Source: Octopus sinensis
Lineage: Eukaryota
Length of the DNA stretch: 64,000 nt
Reading direction: 5' to 3'
Assembly: GCF_006345805.1 (NCBI RefSeq)
Contig: NW_021832227.1
Span: 248,001 to 312,000 of the forward strand
Part shown: positions 35,939-48,743 of the stretch, one piece after another
Position numbering within the stretch: position 1 is the first letter of the stretch
Layout: every line of letters begins with the position of its first letter
Translations under genes and position numbers: made by a program
Notes under the pieces: generated by a model
The model's database searches: none
Told to the model about the DNA's origin: nothing
What the model saw: the letters and a program-made list of their open reading frames with translations, nothing else

Positions 35939-36514
35939 ATCAAGCTAAAGCGTAGATTGAAGCACTGAAGGAGGATAGGCTGCCCATTCCTAGGCATCCT
36001 GGAAGCTCTTCACAACACTTGGAAAGAAGGTATTTAACCCAGTCCTCGCGGGTCGTGCACTCAGTCCCTTCTGTAATGGAAAGAAAAAAGGTATGTCCAT
36101 CGGGGGTCTGCCTCTCCGGTGCGTTTGTCAATCCTGCTGTAGGTATATTACTAATAATATTTTTGTTATTCTGATTTCCAGGTGCAGCATATATCGACAT
36201 ATTAGCACGTTACAGATTATAATTTTTTTGTTAATAATAATAAAAAGTCGTATGTGAAAAAGTTGAAATCCTTTGAGGTTAACCAAACTGAATAAAGTAA
36301 GATAGAATTCACGTATCGGAATGCATCTTCTAATTTTATGTCTATATTTCAAAAAAAAATCTCCAATACAAATTATACATTCTCAGTCGTAAAGAAATCA
36401 CTACCAAAACAACAACATTCAAGTCGAGATAAAAATGAATAAATAAATATTACAAGGAAAATTCATTATTAATTAAATTTAAAAAATTAAACATTATTTG
36501 TTTCGATAGTAATA

Positions 36515-36932
36515 ATGTCAGGACAGGATTGTGATTGGAAATTTGAATATTTGATCAATGGGGAAAATCTAAATTCCAAAGCTCTTCATAACCCTCCAGA
36601 AAATATGGAAGAATTTTATAATGCTAGTGAAAATGCTATCGGAGCTCTTAACGAAAATCAGCAAATAGAACTCAATATACACAAAGTATTATTTGAAAAC
36701 TTATTATAGATAAAATTGCGTGCAGAGAATGAACGTTTTCTTCGGTCTAATCCAATATTTTACAGAATTCTCAGCGAGTTTTTAAAGTATTTCACTTTTG
36801 TCCGACTTTATTTATAGAAAATGTTTTTTAGATGAACCTGACGATATATTAGAATATTCAAAAAGTTTCAATTTAAAATTTAATTTTTTAGAATTTTTTA
36901 CTCATGAAAATTTAGAAAAATTCAAAAACTAA
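36515..36932 (+). CDS. RIIAD1: RIIa domain-containing protein 1 (ciliary), 4 exons
   Basis: Spliced GALNENQQIELNIHKIKLRAENERFLRSNP..ILSEFLKKCFLDEPDDILEYSKKFFT matches the RIIAD1 pattern (KI..R..NE.YLR..FF...FL..PD.ILEF...YFT). Short GT-AG introns. Confidence 0.75.
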
Positions 36933-36965
36933 TATTATAATTCACAGCTAAAATAATTTACATTA

Positions 36966-38400
36966 CTTTTTTTTTTTTTTTTTTTTTTGACAGAACTCGA
37001 ATCATTAATTAATAAATTCTCCCAGCGAGACGGAGGAACAGCTGTTGCCACGCATGACAGCCAGCAGGATCCTCTGAATGAGGAAGTAAATTCCCTAGGG
37101 TCCTTGGACCGCGAAGAACAAAGATTCCCAATTTCTTTAGGGAAGTGAGGGTCCCGGAGCCAAAGACGCCGGAAGTCTCGACAACGATTGGCCAAAACCA
37201 AAAGTCATCCATCAAAGACTGATATTCCGGCACTTCGTCGAAGCTCAGCCTTATTAGCACGAGACCCAGCAAGAGAGGCCGATTCGTTGATGAAAGACTT
37301 TGAGAAGGTATCCACACAAGTGGAATCCCAGACCAAAGGTCTCCCAGAATAAAACGAGAACAACGTAGAGCCGTCCGGCCTTTTCCCGTCACCACGGTCG
37401 AGACCCTTAGGCTCAAGGACAGAAGGGTAGCCGGCCTTTTCGAGTGAGTCGAGAATGATTCTGTTAATCGCCGAATGGCGTGGAATACGAACCCGCGCTT
37501 TTCTTGCAGGAGAGGGCATGGAGCCCGTATACGTCCATAGTAGATCCGCACCGGCAGGGGTGGGGACTACAGATCGGAAGTCCGAGGCGGAGGCAAATGC
37601 CAAAACGGAGGGCGTCGGAGTCAAGACAGGTGTCCAATGGGTCGAAGGAAGGCAGTTAAGCCAAGAGCCAGAATGCGGTTGGCGGCTGGCACGGTAACAA
37701 GCCAGTCTGTGCTGGTTCAGGAGAGCCTCCAACGAGTCCGCATGATGCTTACTAAGAATTTTATCCCATTCACGTTGGAGGGACCTATCAGAAGGGAACT
37801 CAAGCCCTTTTTCCTTCCAAAGCAAAAGTGCAGAATTAATATCAGGGTCCAAACGAGATCCGGGCGATTTTTCAAGAATCTTATGGACAAGAAGATACAA
37901 TCCTGAAGACGATGAAAGGAAAGCGGGAAGAGAAATGTCGAGAGCCGAGCGGAGCCCAAGCCCACCAAAAGGAACAGGAAGTTTGGCCTGACGCCAACCG
38001 ACATCATCGAACTTGACGTTAAAAATAATCTCGGCTGAAGAACGCACCAGAGCGTCAAAAGACTCCAAAGCAGAGGGAACAGAAAAGCAACAGGAACTCC
38101 TTAGGACATAATTGATCCTCGGAATCAAAAGAAAGTTTTTGAGGATAAAAAAAGCGGGATGGGGATCGATGTCCACAAGTTTATCACAAAGAGAAGCAAG
38201 AGCATTTCTCTTGGAATCGAGAATACGAGAGACCGATTGGTGGTGGATCGGGGCACCCAGGATTTCAAGTTCAGAATAAGAGGTCTGCCTCAGATCGGGC
38301 AAGAGGCCACGAAACTGGGCAAGATCCCATTTTATAAAAGATTTAAAAATATCCAAATATACACATGGATTCAAAAACCAAAATGACTTGGAGAAACAAA
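36966..38400 (-). mobile_element. CRE-like non-LTR element, 5'-truncated, with poly(A) tail
   Basis: 389-aa ORF: LEILGAPI, LLIPRINYVLRSS, QAKLPVPFGGLGLRSA, HSGSWLNCLP, RHSAINRII, LEPKGLDRGDGKRPDG, LVWDSTCVD. T-run (poly A on minus) at 36966-36989; frameshifts. Confidence 0.92.
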
Positions 38401-38759
38401 AAATGTGCTTGTTTCTTCAAATGGAAAAACCAGGCTCTGACCACACTAGAGCCTAACTGTATATATTGACTTAATCCCACAAAGAATTATCTCAACTGAG
38501 GCCACCATTTGAAGTGGACTAAGACGCTTATCCTTAAAAATACACTCAGAATAATTTCCTAACACACCAATATCTCTATCGGTTTTGTGATTTTTTAATG
38601 AATGATAAATTCCTCAAAGTTAGTGAGACCTGCAGATTACCGAGTCATTGCCAAACTACTAAACAAAGACTTAAAAATATCTCATAAACAAAACTACTTA
38701 ATATTTATCATAATTCAATAAATCAAATTAGAATTTTAATTTTAAACGAGTTAATTTTT

Positions 38760-39954
38760 TTAATCATAAATTAAATGATTAATATTGCGATCATATTTTT
38801 GAGGGTTTGAAATATGGTAGTTATGCTGAATATGAACCTGATGCCCAACATTTGTACAGTAATTGGAGTGCTGGCCGAAAAAATTTGTCAAATGCTTATT
38901 CATTTCAATAATGCATGAGAGTGAAAATTTTAGCGAAGCTTCCATTGCATATGGTCCAAATTTATGAGTCATCAAGTCAAATCTAGACATTTCGTTCACA
39001 TTAATTATGTTGATTTCGGAATATTGACACAATTCGTCGAGCTCTTTTCGATTGCTACAAATTATGCTCACAAAATTCCCCATTAATTTTCTACAAAATT
39101 TACCCAATTCACTAACTGGCAAAATAGTCCCATGGATAAAAGAGTTGGTTTATCCATCAATAAATTCGTATCCTCCAATAATTTAGTAGCCAATATTTCA
39201 CCATAATTTGTTGTCGATAACGTTGATTCACATAATTGCTCATAATTCATAGCCAATGTCTTAGCTTCACCTGTATTATACATATTTTGACAAAAAATAA
39301 CAATACCTTCTATTAGACTAGTAAACGAAGTTATTTGAGTTCCTCTACGTCTCCCGGGTTGAAGAATTAGTCCTTTATTAGCGAGGGCCTTTCGAAGCTG
39401 TAATCCACCATATTTCGATTTTGCTCTTAAATTTTAGCAATTTAACTGTACCTTCTGAGTAATCCACCAAGTAGAGATGCGTTAAAATTTTCGGGAAATG
39501 AAATTCGTCTTTTCAGTTCATTTTCAGAAACAACATATTTCGTTGTTCCGTTTAAAAGCGATAATCTTCCTGATACTTTGAACTTTAATTTTTTGTCATT
39601 TTTATTATCTGTTGAAATAACTTGTTGATTATCTATGTATTATAATAAATTAAAGTCACCTATTGTGTCGAGATTGTATAAATTATTTTTAGTAGTTAAA
39701 CAATTTTCATAAAAACAATCTTTTTCAAAATTATAATTCTCTTCGTGGCATATCTGGAAATGGGGTAATAATCCGCTTGTTTGTGATGAATTTGTATATA
39801 TGCTTAAATTAGTATTTGAAGACTGAGAAATGTTTTTTCGAGGTTTTGACGAATCTTCGACATTATAATCAAATAAATGTTTATCAAAATTTTCATGATT
39901 TCCCTTATTGAATTCATAGCTATCTTCGTAGCTGTAAGAAATGTATCTTTTCAT
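38760..39954 (-). CDS. TFAP2: Transcription factor AP-2, multi-exon; 5' end may extend further upstream
   Basis: [39 protein letters not shown]|[12 protein letters not shown]...[23 protein letters not shown]|[18 protein letters not shown] is the AP-2 basic/helix-span-helix domain. Confidence 0.92.
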
Positions 39955-41399
39955 TATTATGATTATTTTTCTAGTTTATTATATAGATATAGAATACGCT
40001 ATTTACTAAGTGTTGTGCCTCAAGTATTTTTTAGATTACTTAATTACATTGACTATATTGATGCGATAAGTGAGAAAATGAGATGACAGTATAGCGCCCA
40101 CTATGTAGCTCAATTAATTAATCACTGTTGCGACCCACAGCGTTCTAAAAATGGTTCAATATAGTCCTTTTCCTTAAGCACTTATTAAAGGTAATTTAGA
40201 TATTGTCGCGATAGACTAATTGCTTTATAATTTTTTTGTTCCAACACATTTTTCTCACTCCTGAATTAATAAATATATAAACCACGATTAAATTACTTAT
40301 GATAGAATTCATAATGTTAAATAATGAAGATCAAAGTTTTATTTCTAATTTATATAAACGAAAAACTAGACAAAGCTTTCTTCAGTTTAATGAACGATTA
40401 TTAAATATTAGCTTCTTAACGTAGACTAATAATTTAATAAAGAAAATAAAATTGTAGTTTCTAATAATGAAAAATTATTCATAACCAACATAAACATATA
40501 TCTTAACGATAAATCAAGGTTTTTCATTTTCTCGAATATAAGTCAAGCCAAAAAATGGATATAAAGTAGAACGGTCATTAAAAATATATATCAAAAAACT
40601 TTTTAATGTCTTTCCAAAATACTTTCCAATGTAAATCAGAATTATATTAATCTTTGGTTTGATTCTCTGAATAGTTAACTACTCTGCTGCGATTTTTTTC
40701 AATCATAATATTTCTTTCTACAAGATGTCATGCATCTCTTTCATTTTATGTTTTTTTGAAAATAACTTTTTTCCGGTTGGATTAACTATCCTACAACCCA
40801 GTGAATTTAAAAATTCCATCTGTCAATATTACCAGTGCATACAAAATATATTGATGGAATCTACCAATACCACTAACTTCTGACTCGCATATTAAATTGC
40901 AGAAATTCAATTTTTAGTTGAATATAACTTTTAACACTCTTTTTTGGACATTTGTATGATCTATTCCAATAAGTACTCAAAAAGTCAAAAAAGTTATAAA
41001 TTCTAACTAAATTCAATTAATAATCACATCCTGTTGGGAAATTTTACATCTTTTGAAGGAACTTTCGATTTCATTTGCTTTGTTCTTATCTACTCTGGCC
41101 TCATCAGATCTTCTTTTTGGGTCCTGGTATTTACCTGATTTTCTTTCGCAATATTGCTTAGTCAAATCCTCTCCAGCTACTGACATCACGGAAGTATGGG
41201 TTTTTTGGTAGTTAATCTGACAAAAAACTATCATTTTCCATCACGAGAAGGTGACCTACATTGACAAACAAGGGCCCTGTCGTTTCTGTAGGCCGCTGGT
41301 CTAATATCTTGATCTGAAACCAAGGTTGTGGAACAACAACCACAATCCTCTTTTGGCATCTTTGCTTCGTGTAGATGTTCTATAATTATGCTTTATTGA

Positions 41400-42200
41400 G
41401 TCTTTTAAACTCGATGGATTTGATTGATGTCTTTTTAGGAACATCTATGGCTAGCTTATTTATTTAGTTTTTATAGAATTTGGTGAAGACTTCATTCATG
41501 TCAAAACGATAAAAATAATCATAACACTGATCTAAATAATTTAGTAAGGTTGTTTCTAGACGTATTTCTACAAGTCGGATTTAAATAATGGATTTGTATC
41601 GAATGGCTTTTTAATTCATTTGTCTTCTTTATACAAAATTTCTAAAAAACGTTGTGTGGATACACTCAACGAATTCATTATGTTCCTTTATATAATCACT
41701 GTTCAGCATTCTATTACATCGTGTAGTCATGTGATCTACTAGTATCTTGGTATTCTTGCAATGAAGCATAAATATTCACGTAAATCAAAGAACTTTTTAC
41801 AAGAGTAAATGTAAAAAACCCTGGCAATAAGTATACAAAGCTTTAAACAAACTTCGATTTTCAGGGATTTGTTGTTCAGAAAAGATTAAATAATAGATTT
41901 CTATTTTGTAAAAGACAAAATAGGCCTTTTCTTCTTGGAGAGTTGTTTTCCATTTTCAGACACTCACTAAATGTCTGTGTATCTAAATCGACATTCTGGA
42001 CTTGTTTAGATAAAAAATATACTGGTGCGGTTTAATCCTAATATTGTTCATCAAATATTGAGTGCAGCTTCTTTTAATGATTTAACAGCATGTTTGTCGG
42101 GAATTCGATAATGGAGCAAGAAACTCTGTCATTGTTTTAATTTTTTTCAATCATACGAAGCATTCCTGATCATCGACTTTTTATCCTGCTTTTCTATAAA
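41400..42200 (-). mobile_element. R4/NeSL-like fragment, degraded
   Basis: LVDHMTTRCNRMLNSDYIKEHNEFVECIH..KSHSIQ, the same motif block as 14.2k and 26.3k. Confidence 0.6.
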
Positions 42201-42788
42201 TGAAGGAACATTTGATCACTTATAAAAGCAATAGAGACCAAGTCTTTCTACTTGTTTTGGCTTCAGCTGTATCTTCAATGTAGTAAGCAGTTGTAGTATT
42301 TGTAAATAAATATGATTAAACTCAGACGGTTTACTTTTGATTTAGAACTTGTTACGATTGTCTGAAAGATCAATGGCCTTCGATTCAATCTAATGTTAGG
42401 CAATATTGCAATAAAGCATGATTAGTTTCAGACTTCTGGGGGTTCATTAAATTCTATTTCAATACAATAACAATACAGTGCAACCTCTTATTTAGTTCTG
42501 ATTTTTCAATCTTATTTCCCCCCCCCGCAAAGAGATTAAACTGTGCTAACAAATACAATCAGCAAATTTTTACCTGCAAATGGATATAAATCATTAGAAT
42601 ACTAATTTAGTCAAGGGAAAAATTTTTTATACAGAATCTTATCTTTACTTTTAATAAAGATTTATAAATTTATTTTTTGTAATAAATGATTTTTTTATAA
42701 TTATATAAAAATATTAAGATTTTAATTCACGTGCATTTTATATTGTTGGTGTAACTTTGTGTTTATATTATTGCAGTTTATTTTTATT

Positions 42789-44598
42789 ATGAAAAACCTA
42801 TGTCCCTTAAAGTTCAATTTTTCATCATTTCCGAGTCAATTGCTTGATCTCGCACATGACTCCGAGGGACGTCCATTTTTGATAACAAAAAACGAGATAC
42901 TTTTAATTCACGTCGTAATTTACATTACTAACTATAATTTTAAATTTATTATAATTTTAGGAAACTGAGGATATTGTTCTCCGTACATGGACATCAATCC
43001 ACAGACGAATAGAACTGGCCAGGATCACATACTCAAATGAGATAAAATCCTTTTTAATTTCGTCAACCTCAAAGGTTGGATAAATTTGTATTACTTTTAA
43101 AGTCTCTCGTCATTTTTAACCCCAAAATCGAAGATTTTGACAAAATGCAACTTTTTATGGTAAAATGAATGAGTTAATAGGGACAGTTGGATTCTCCAAT
43201 TTTTTGCTTTTTTAAAACCTCAAAACCTACATTTTTGTGTTTTGATTACTCTATTTGGTCATTCGAGTCAGAAACAAATACAACTTTGGTTTCTCATCCA
43301 AAGACCGGACGTGGCTGCATAATTTGCTCAAGTTCATTCGAGAATACAATTATCACTCTTTTTGAGACTATAGACGTTTAGTCTCTTTAAAGTCAATTCT
43401 TAGGGATTTCCAAATATTGAAATTTTAAATTTAAATTCAGGCGTTTCTTACTTGGTAAATGATTTGACGTGTCTATTGAGAATTATCAACTTTATTCTGA
43501 TTCGGGGATCATCATTTCCTTCCATGCTGGCTCAGTTTGAAGACCATAGTAGATTAAATGTTTATTTATTTTAAGGCATAAAAATTTTACATTTTGACGT
43601 GATTGGGGATATTTCTACTGTAAAGACGGAAGAATTCGCAGTGAATGATTACATCACCAACATGACTTCTTGTGATTTGAATGGAAATTGTATAATTTTT
43701 ACTCAAGTCTCTCAGTCAAATGGTTTTTTTTATTTTTAATTTTAGAATTTTCCTTTGCTATTTGGAATTCTGATATAAGGGCCATTGTGAGTCGGGGATT
43801 GGTAGATTTATGCATTTCATCTTTCAAAGTTTTTTTATTGTCTTAATTACTAATAGATGTATTTTTTGAATACTACCTTGTATTTTTTGGACAATAAAAT
43901 GTTATATAAATTGGAATTGGGAACCTTTTCTGGGCTTAAGCTGTCGAGTATGATAAATGTGGAAAAATCCAACATTCTTGTGGAGAGTTGGTCAGAAAAA
44001 TCATTTGGGATGTCAGCTTTGACGGACGACGAGAAAATAGAGCTTAGTCAGCTTGATGAATGCTCAATTGTCCGTTTGCTGGCTAAAATTATAAAGTTGA
44101 TTAAATTTTATTATATATTTTAGAAATCTGTCGTTTGAACACGAAAAGATTTCGCTCAGTGAATCTACGAGTCGGCATTTAATGTATTTTTAGTTTGTTT
44201 TAGATTAGGGACTTTATTTTCTCTATTCCTCACTCAACGATTCAACTTGTTTTGAGCATGCGCTCCTATTTACCTTTGAGCGACGCTATGGTATAACTTA
44301 ATTCATATTTTAGCTCATACTTGAACATTTTGTCGTTATTATCGACACAAATCCAGAACATGCGGCATTAATCAAGGCAATTGACTGGATTACAGCTATC
44401 ACGGATGCATACTTGCCCCAATTAAGAGCAAGTGGGGAGTTTTCAACACTTTTCAAACGACTAAAGTCCTTGGTGGAGTGCCAATTGTCGATTCATAAGA
44501 ACATGCTTTATCTAAATGAAATTGACAAGAGAATACAGGCTGTAATATCTCTTCCAGCGTTTCAATTGTATAGAATGGAACTTATTCGATTTTTTTAA
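42789..44598 (+). CDS. NOL11: Nucleolar protein 11-like, multi-exon
   Basis: N-terminal LLDLAHDSEGRPFLIT..VLRTW..LVIFNPKIEDFDK and C-terminal AIDWITAITDAY..LKSLVECQLS..LYRMELIRFF* align with the NOL11 termini as recalled. Middle exons are only partly assembled. Confidence 0.6.
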
Positions 44599-45509
44599 CG
44601 ACTAAATAATGTATTGCTTATTTTTGTCGCTTGTTCTTTTATTTCCCTCATTTGATTTTTATGAATAATATGAAATGTCGCCTGTTATAAGTTTGAAAGA
44701 TATGGAAGCCTAGGGATGTAGTTGGACGATTGTAGTAAATGATCGGGAACTAGTTATTACCTATAAGTCAACATTTTGAAACTGTCTCATAATAGTAATA
44801 TTAATTTAGGGAGTTAATGAACTCATTAATTTTTCTTTCTACAGACTAGTTGGAATTTTCTCTAAAAAAGTTTAGATTCAACATCCCCAATAGACTGTAT
44901 CACTTTTTTTAACAACCACTTTCGAGTATTTATGCGATGATTTTTTATTTGTTCTTGACTGCTTTAAGCAGCCTCACTAAGTATATCTCAAAACATAAGA
45001 AAAGATCACTTCTTAGCTACCTGATTCGAATAATGACAATTAATTTAAAAATATTACTTATTATTTCAAAAATATCGTGTTAACTATCGACGTTTTTATG
45101 ATTTTTACTAATCATTTCATAAAAACTTTTTCTATCAAAGTTTCCCTAAAAATAAAACGTTTTTGAAAATATTACTTGATCCAACATTTGCATCCTTCTT
45201 ATTTTAGAACTTTCCTATACAATATATTTATATATTTTGAACCGAGTTAAGCATTGACTCGTAGAAGCTTGCTGTGGTCGAGTAATAAAGAATTACCAAA
45301 GGGAACAGCATATAAGAAGAAAACTAAAACACATTTAAATTAGGCATACTCGAATAATCTCGAGCCTCCAACCCATCAACAAAACGGAATTGTTATAAAT
45401 TTAATTAAATTGTTTAAAAATAATAAGTATTCAAAGAAAATTGAAAATAAATGATCCTTTTCCCCTATCTGTTTATAGAATTTTTTGTTACATATTTTAC
45501 TCTGATCTT

Positions 45510-46930
45510 TAGTTAGTTAGTAGCTCCAAATTACCTGACATGCAGGAAGCCGGCGACTATTAAGCAGCGCACAGCGTGAGCCGGTCGCCTCCAAAGATCC
45601 CAGAGGGCTGCATTTGATAACGACATTACCGGTAATCCAGGACAGGCGTACAAATGGTAAATAAAAATTGAATTAGAGTCACACACGTGACAGGGACTTC
45701 TTTCTGTTTTTCCCCGTATAATCGTGATTAAGACAGGGGTGATGTCTGCAGCAAAGTTCTGGAAAAATTACTCTTCCATTCTTGGCAATAGTCATTCTGA
45801 ATCATCGATTTCCTTGAGTCGTTCTTGGATTATTTTTTTTAGTTATAGTTTTCGGATGGTCCTTGTGGAGATAAAGTCATCCATTCATGGTAATCTTATT
45901 TTTCCTCTGTTTCTCAACATGATTTTCCACAGAATTCTCTCTACAGCACAGGTAGCACTTCTTTTTTGTTGGCTGATTTGCAAAGATTATGAGCAGGGTG
46001 GTAAGCAGGTGAGGACTCATTCAAAAATTGGAGCCCGCAAATTTCACGATGATCAGTAATAGACAGGATTTTGTTTCCAAATTGGCGTGGTTAGTAGGAT
46101 AAGATTTTAAGCATCGTTCTAAGCCCAGCATTCTTGACTGGTTTTTAAGTTTTAAAGGAATGCGAGTAAGACGCACAGAAACCAGCAAAGAGAGGCATAG
46201 TTCATTGTTGTTTGGATGAATTGTTTGTATATCACTTTTAAATCTTTCTTGGCTTGTCTAAAAGAATAGCCAGAGACAACAAGTAGCGCAGTAAGCTTGG
46301 GACTGGCTTTAGTACATATCATATTCGTGTAGTTAGAAAAACTTAGAGATTGATCATAGAGATTGAAGTGACATCCAGAATTTTTGGGTTTTTACAAGAC
46401 TCCTTTCGGTAGTATTGAAAGCAGGAATGTATCCTCTGACCTTCGTTTGACTAAGCAATCCAATAAAAAAAGCTGTTAAGCAACGTTTCAGAGTTGTTGG
46501 AATATCAGTGATAATAATTTTATTACTCAGAACACGTCTCGAAGTGTGACTGACACAAGAGTAGTTCTTTGAGGAAGTTTAAAATTGTTAAATCCGTTTG
46601 CAATAAAGTGAGTTAAGATGTGTTGTGGTGGAATAATATAGACGAAAACCATGATGTGATTTTGCAAATGGAAAAAGGAAATAGATCATTTACAATATAA
46701 TTTTTTCAATAATTTTTTAAAGAACTGATAGAAGCGAGATTGGTGGATATGATGTTGAGTTTTGGTTTTATAATGAGAATAATGCAGGATTTTTTAATAT
46801 CATTGAAATTTCTTTGAGTAGACTGATTCACATCCAATTTTTATGCTATATGTTCGATTCACATTATTTAATTGTAGACCATACCTTTAACTGGCCTTAT
46901 CTTGTCCACATGCTTATATTACGAAAAAGT
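45510..46930 (-). mobile_element. Degraded LINE (RT plus C-terminal CCHC) with (TAAC)n tail
   Basis: SYPPISLLSVL, HHGFR, VIYKQFIQTTMNYASLCW, CHVCD..HLYACP..DLWRRP..AGFLH, then ctaactaactaa. Confidence 0.7.
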
Positions 46931-47369
46931 TTAGAAATGAACTATTTTAATATTGAATTTAGGTCAAAAATTTAGGAAACCAAAATAAGGCTTTAGGGGG
47001 CAAAAATAACAATCTTTCCGTTTCCGAGTAACGCAAATTTCTGGTTTTTTTACCAAATTAATTACACATGCAACCCATATTAAGTTGATGTGAAATTTTC
47101 TAACATAGTTTTATGGTATTTTCGAATTAGTGTTGTTCCATTTCCCCGAACATATTTTTAGCATTTCAAATTTTACTCCAATTCCGGTTAAAAGTTTTCC
47201 AGCATAAGCCTCAATATATTTTATTTGATTAAAATCGGATGACTAGGGTGGCCAGTCTCATGCTTCTATTCTCTTTTCATTTATCTATTTTTAATGATTC
47301 TTGCAGTATGGAAGCTTACTTTCATTGTTGTTTAAATGTATTTATAAAAATATAGAAAACAAGTAACTA

Positions 47370-48220
47370 ATTAGCAGCAGAGGCTAAAATGGAATGGCAA
47401 TTCCCATACAAGATGGCTATTGATATGCGTTGGAAAAATTTTTTAGTTCTGGGACCGAGGACTCCCGACGTTTCCACTGCGATCGGGGCAAAGATATAAG
47501 GGTACGATAATGCACTGTATTTTTTGACTTTTAGCGTTTCTGCCAGGTTAGGTGTGGAGACCGACTCTTCGGCTTACGTAAAGATGTTTCCGGTGGAGAA
47601 GGTGTCCGCACAAGTTGCGTTTCAGATGAAAGACTTGCCATTTTCAAAAGGGAAAGTTGTTAGACCATCAGGATGTTTACCATCCTCTCGAACCAGGTCG
47701 TCCGGTTTCAATTGTGATAAGAATCCGGCAATTTCGAGAGTCCGCTTGACTATGTCATTCAGGACAGTATGTCGAGGGAGGCTTCCGGAGCTTCTCTGGC
47801 ACGATAATGGGTGCAATCCAAAGGGGTCATCGGTCGGTCCGCAGCGGAACCGGTGTTCCCGACATACGTTCAGCCCTAGACGCAATGAGACGCCGATCCT
47901 CAAGCAATTATTGTCCAATAAGGTTCCAATCGATCTCATTGGGATGGCGGTCAACCAAGTCCTCCGAATATAGTTGCAAGGCAGCCAATAAACAAGCCAA
48001 GTGATATTGATTAAGCTTAGGATATAGGTTGTTCGACTTCTGGTCACAGAGGATCCTGTCCCATTCGTCCTGTGCGTGTGTATTCTGCGGAAGCTCAAAA
48101 GACAACCCAAGCCAGCAACTTTCTACGGCGACTGACTCCGAGTCCATAGAAGATTCGGTAACGGGTTGGAGAATTTCTTGGACAAAGGTGCTCGTAGCAT
48201 GTGTAAAAGAAAGGAATGCT
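47370..48220 (-). mobile_element. CRE-like 3' fragment
   Basis: [50 protein letters not shown]. Confidence 0.85.
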
Positions 48221-48239
48221 GGAATTTATAAACAAGATT

Positions 48240-48691
48240 TCCCTACTCGTTAGATGATTTAAGATTTAATTAATTCAAAATTTTCTGATTGGATGATTAA
48301 TCTTTGGGTGCCCATTCATTATGATTCTAATGATGAATGTTCAGAAGAATTGATGAAACTAAAAAACGACCAAGAACTTAAAATAAAATATAAAAATGAA
48401 AATCTGACACAATTCTTTAGAAAAAATCTATAAAAATGAAATTCCAGACATTATGGGGAAAAATGATGCAAATAATATTATGTTTTCCTACATCATACTG
48501 CGTAGAGAGTGGATTCAGCACTCTGAATAATATGATCGGAAAAGAACAAGCTAAACATATAAGAAATAGGAGGCATTGGAATTAGACTTACGAAAATAAG
48601 TACAAATTTTGAAAAACTTCGAAAGGCAAAAAATTGGAGGGGCAAAAAAATTCAAAGGGAGCGATACAAAAATAAAGGTTGAAAACCACTG
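48240..48691 (+). mobile_element. hAT (Charlie-like) transposon right-end fragment
   Basis: CFPTSYCVESGFS dimerisation-domain motif; ends GGTTGAAAACCACTG followed by TTCTAAAC, a Charlie-type terminus and target. Confidence 0.65.
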
Positions 48692-48743
48692 TTCTAAACA
48701 GTATAGCTAATTTGTACATCTTATTAAGAGTTTTATTAAACAA

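Noticed and set aside
35940-36200. WW-like motif QTPDGHTFF in an 86-aa ORF
   Set aside because: Neither conserved Trp is in register; it could equally be degraded retroelement sequence.
40300-41350. Possible gene or transposon upstream of AP-2
   Set aside because: No recognisable motif and no continuous spliced frame.
44650-45400. Possible minus-strand gene convergent with NOL11
   Set aside because: Intron-like segments are present, but no supported protein could be built.
45660-45780. Penelope GIY-YIG endonuclease
   Set aside because: Another frame gives the CCHC and DLW..P tail that matches the LINE family at 35.4-35.9k.
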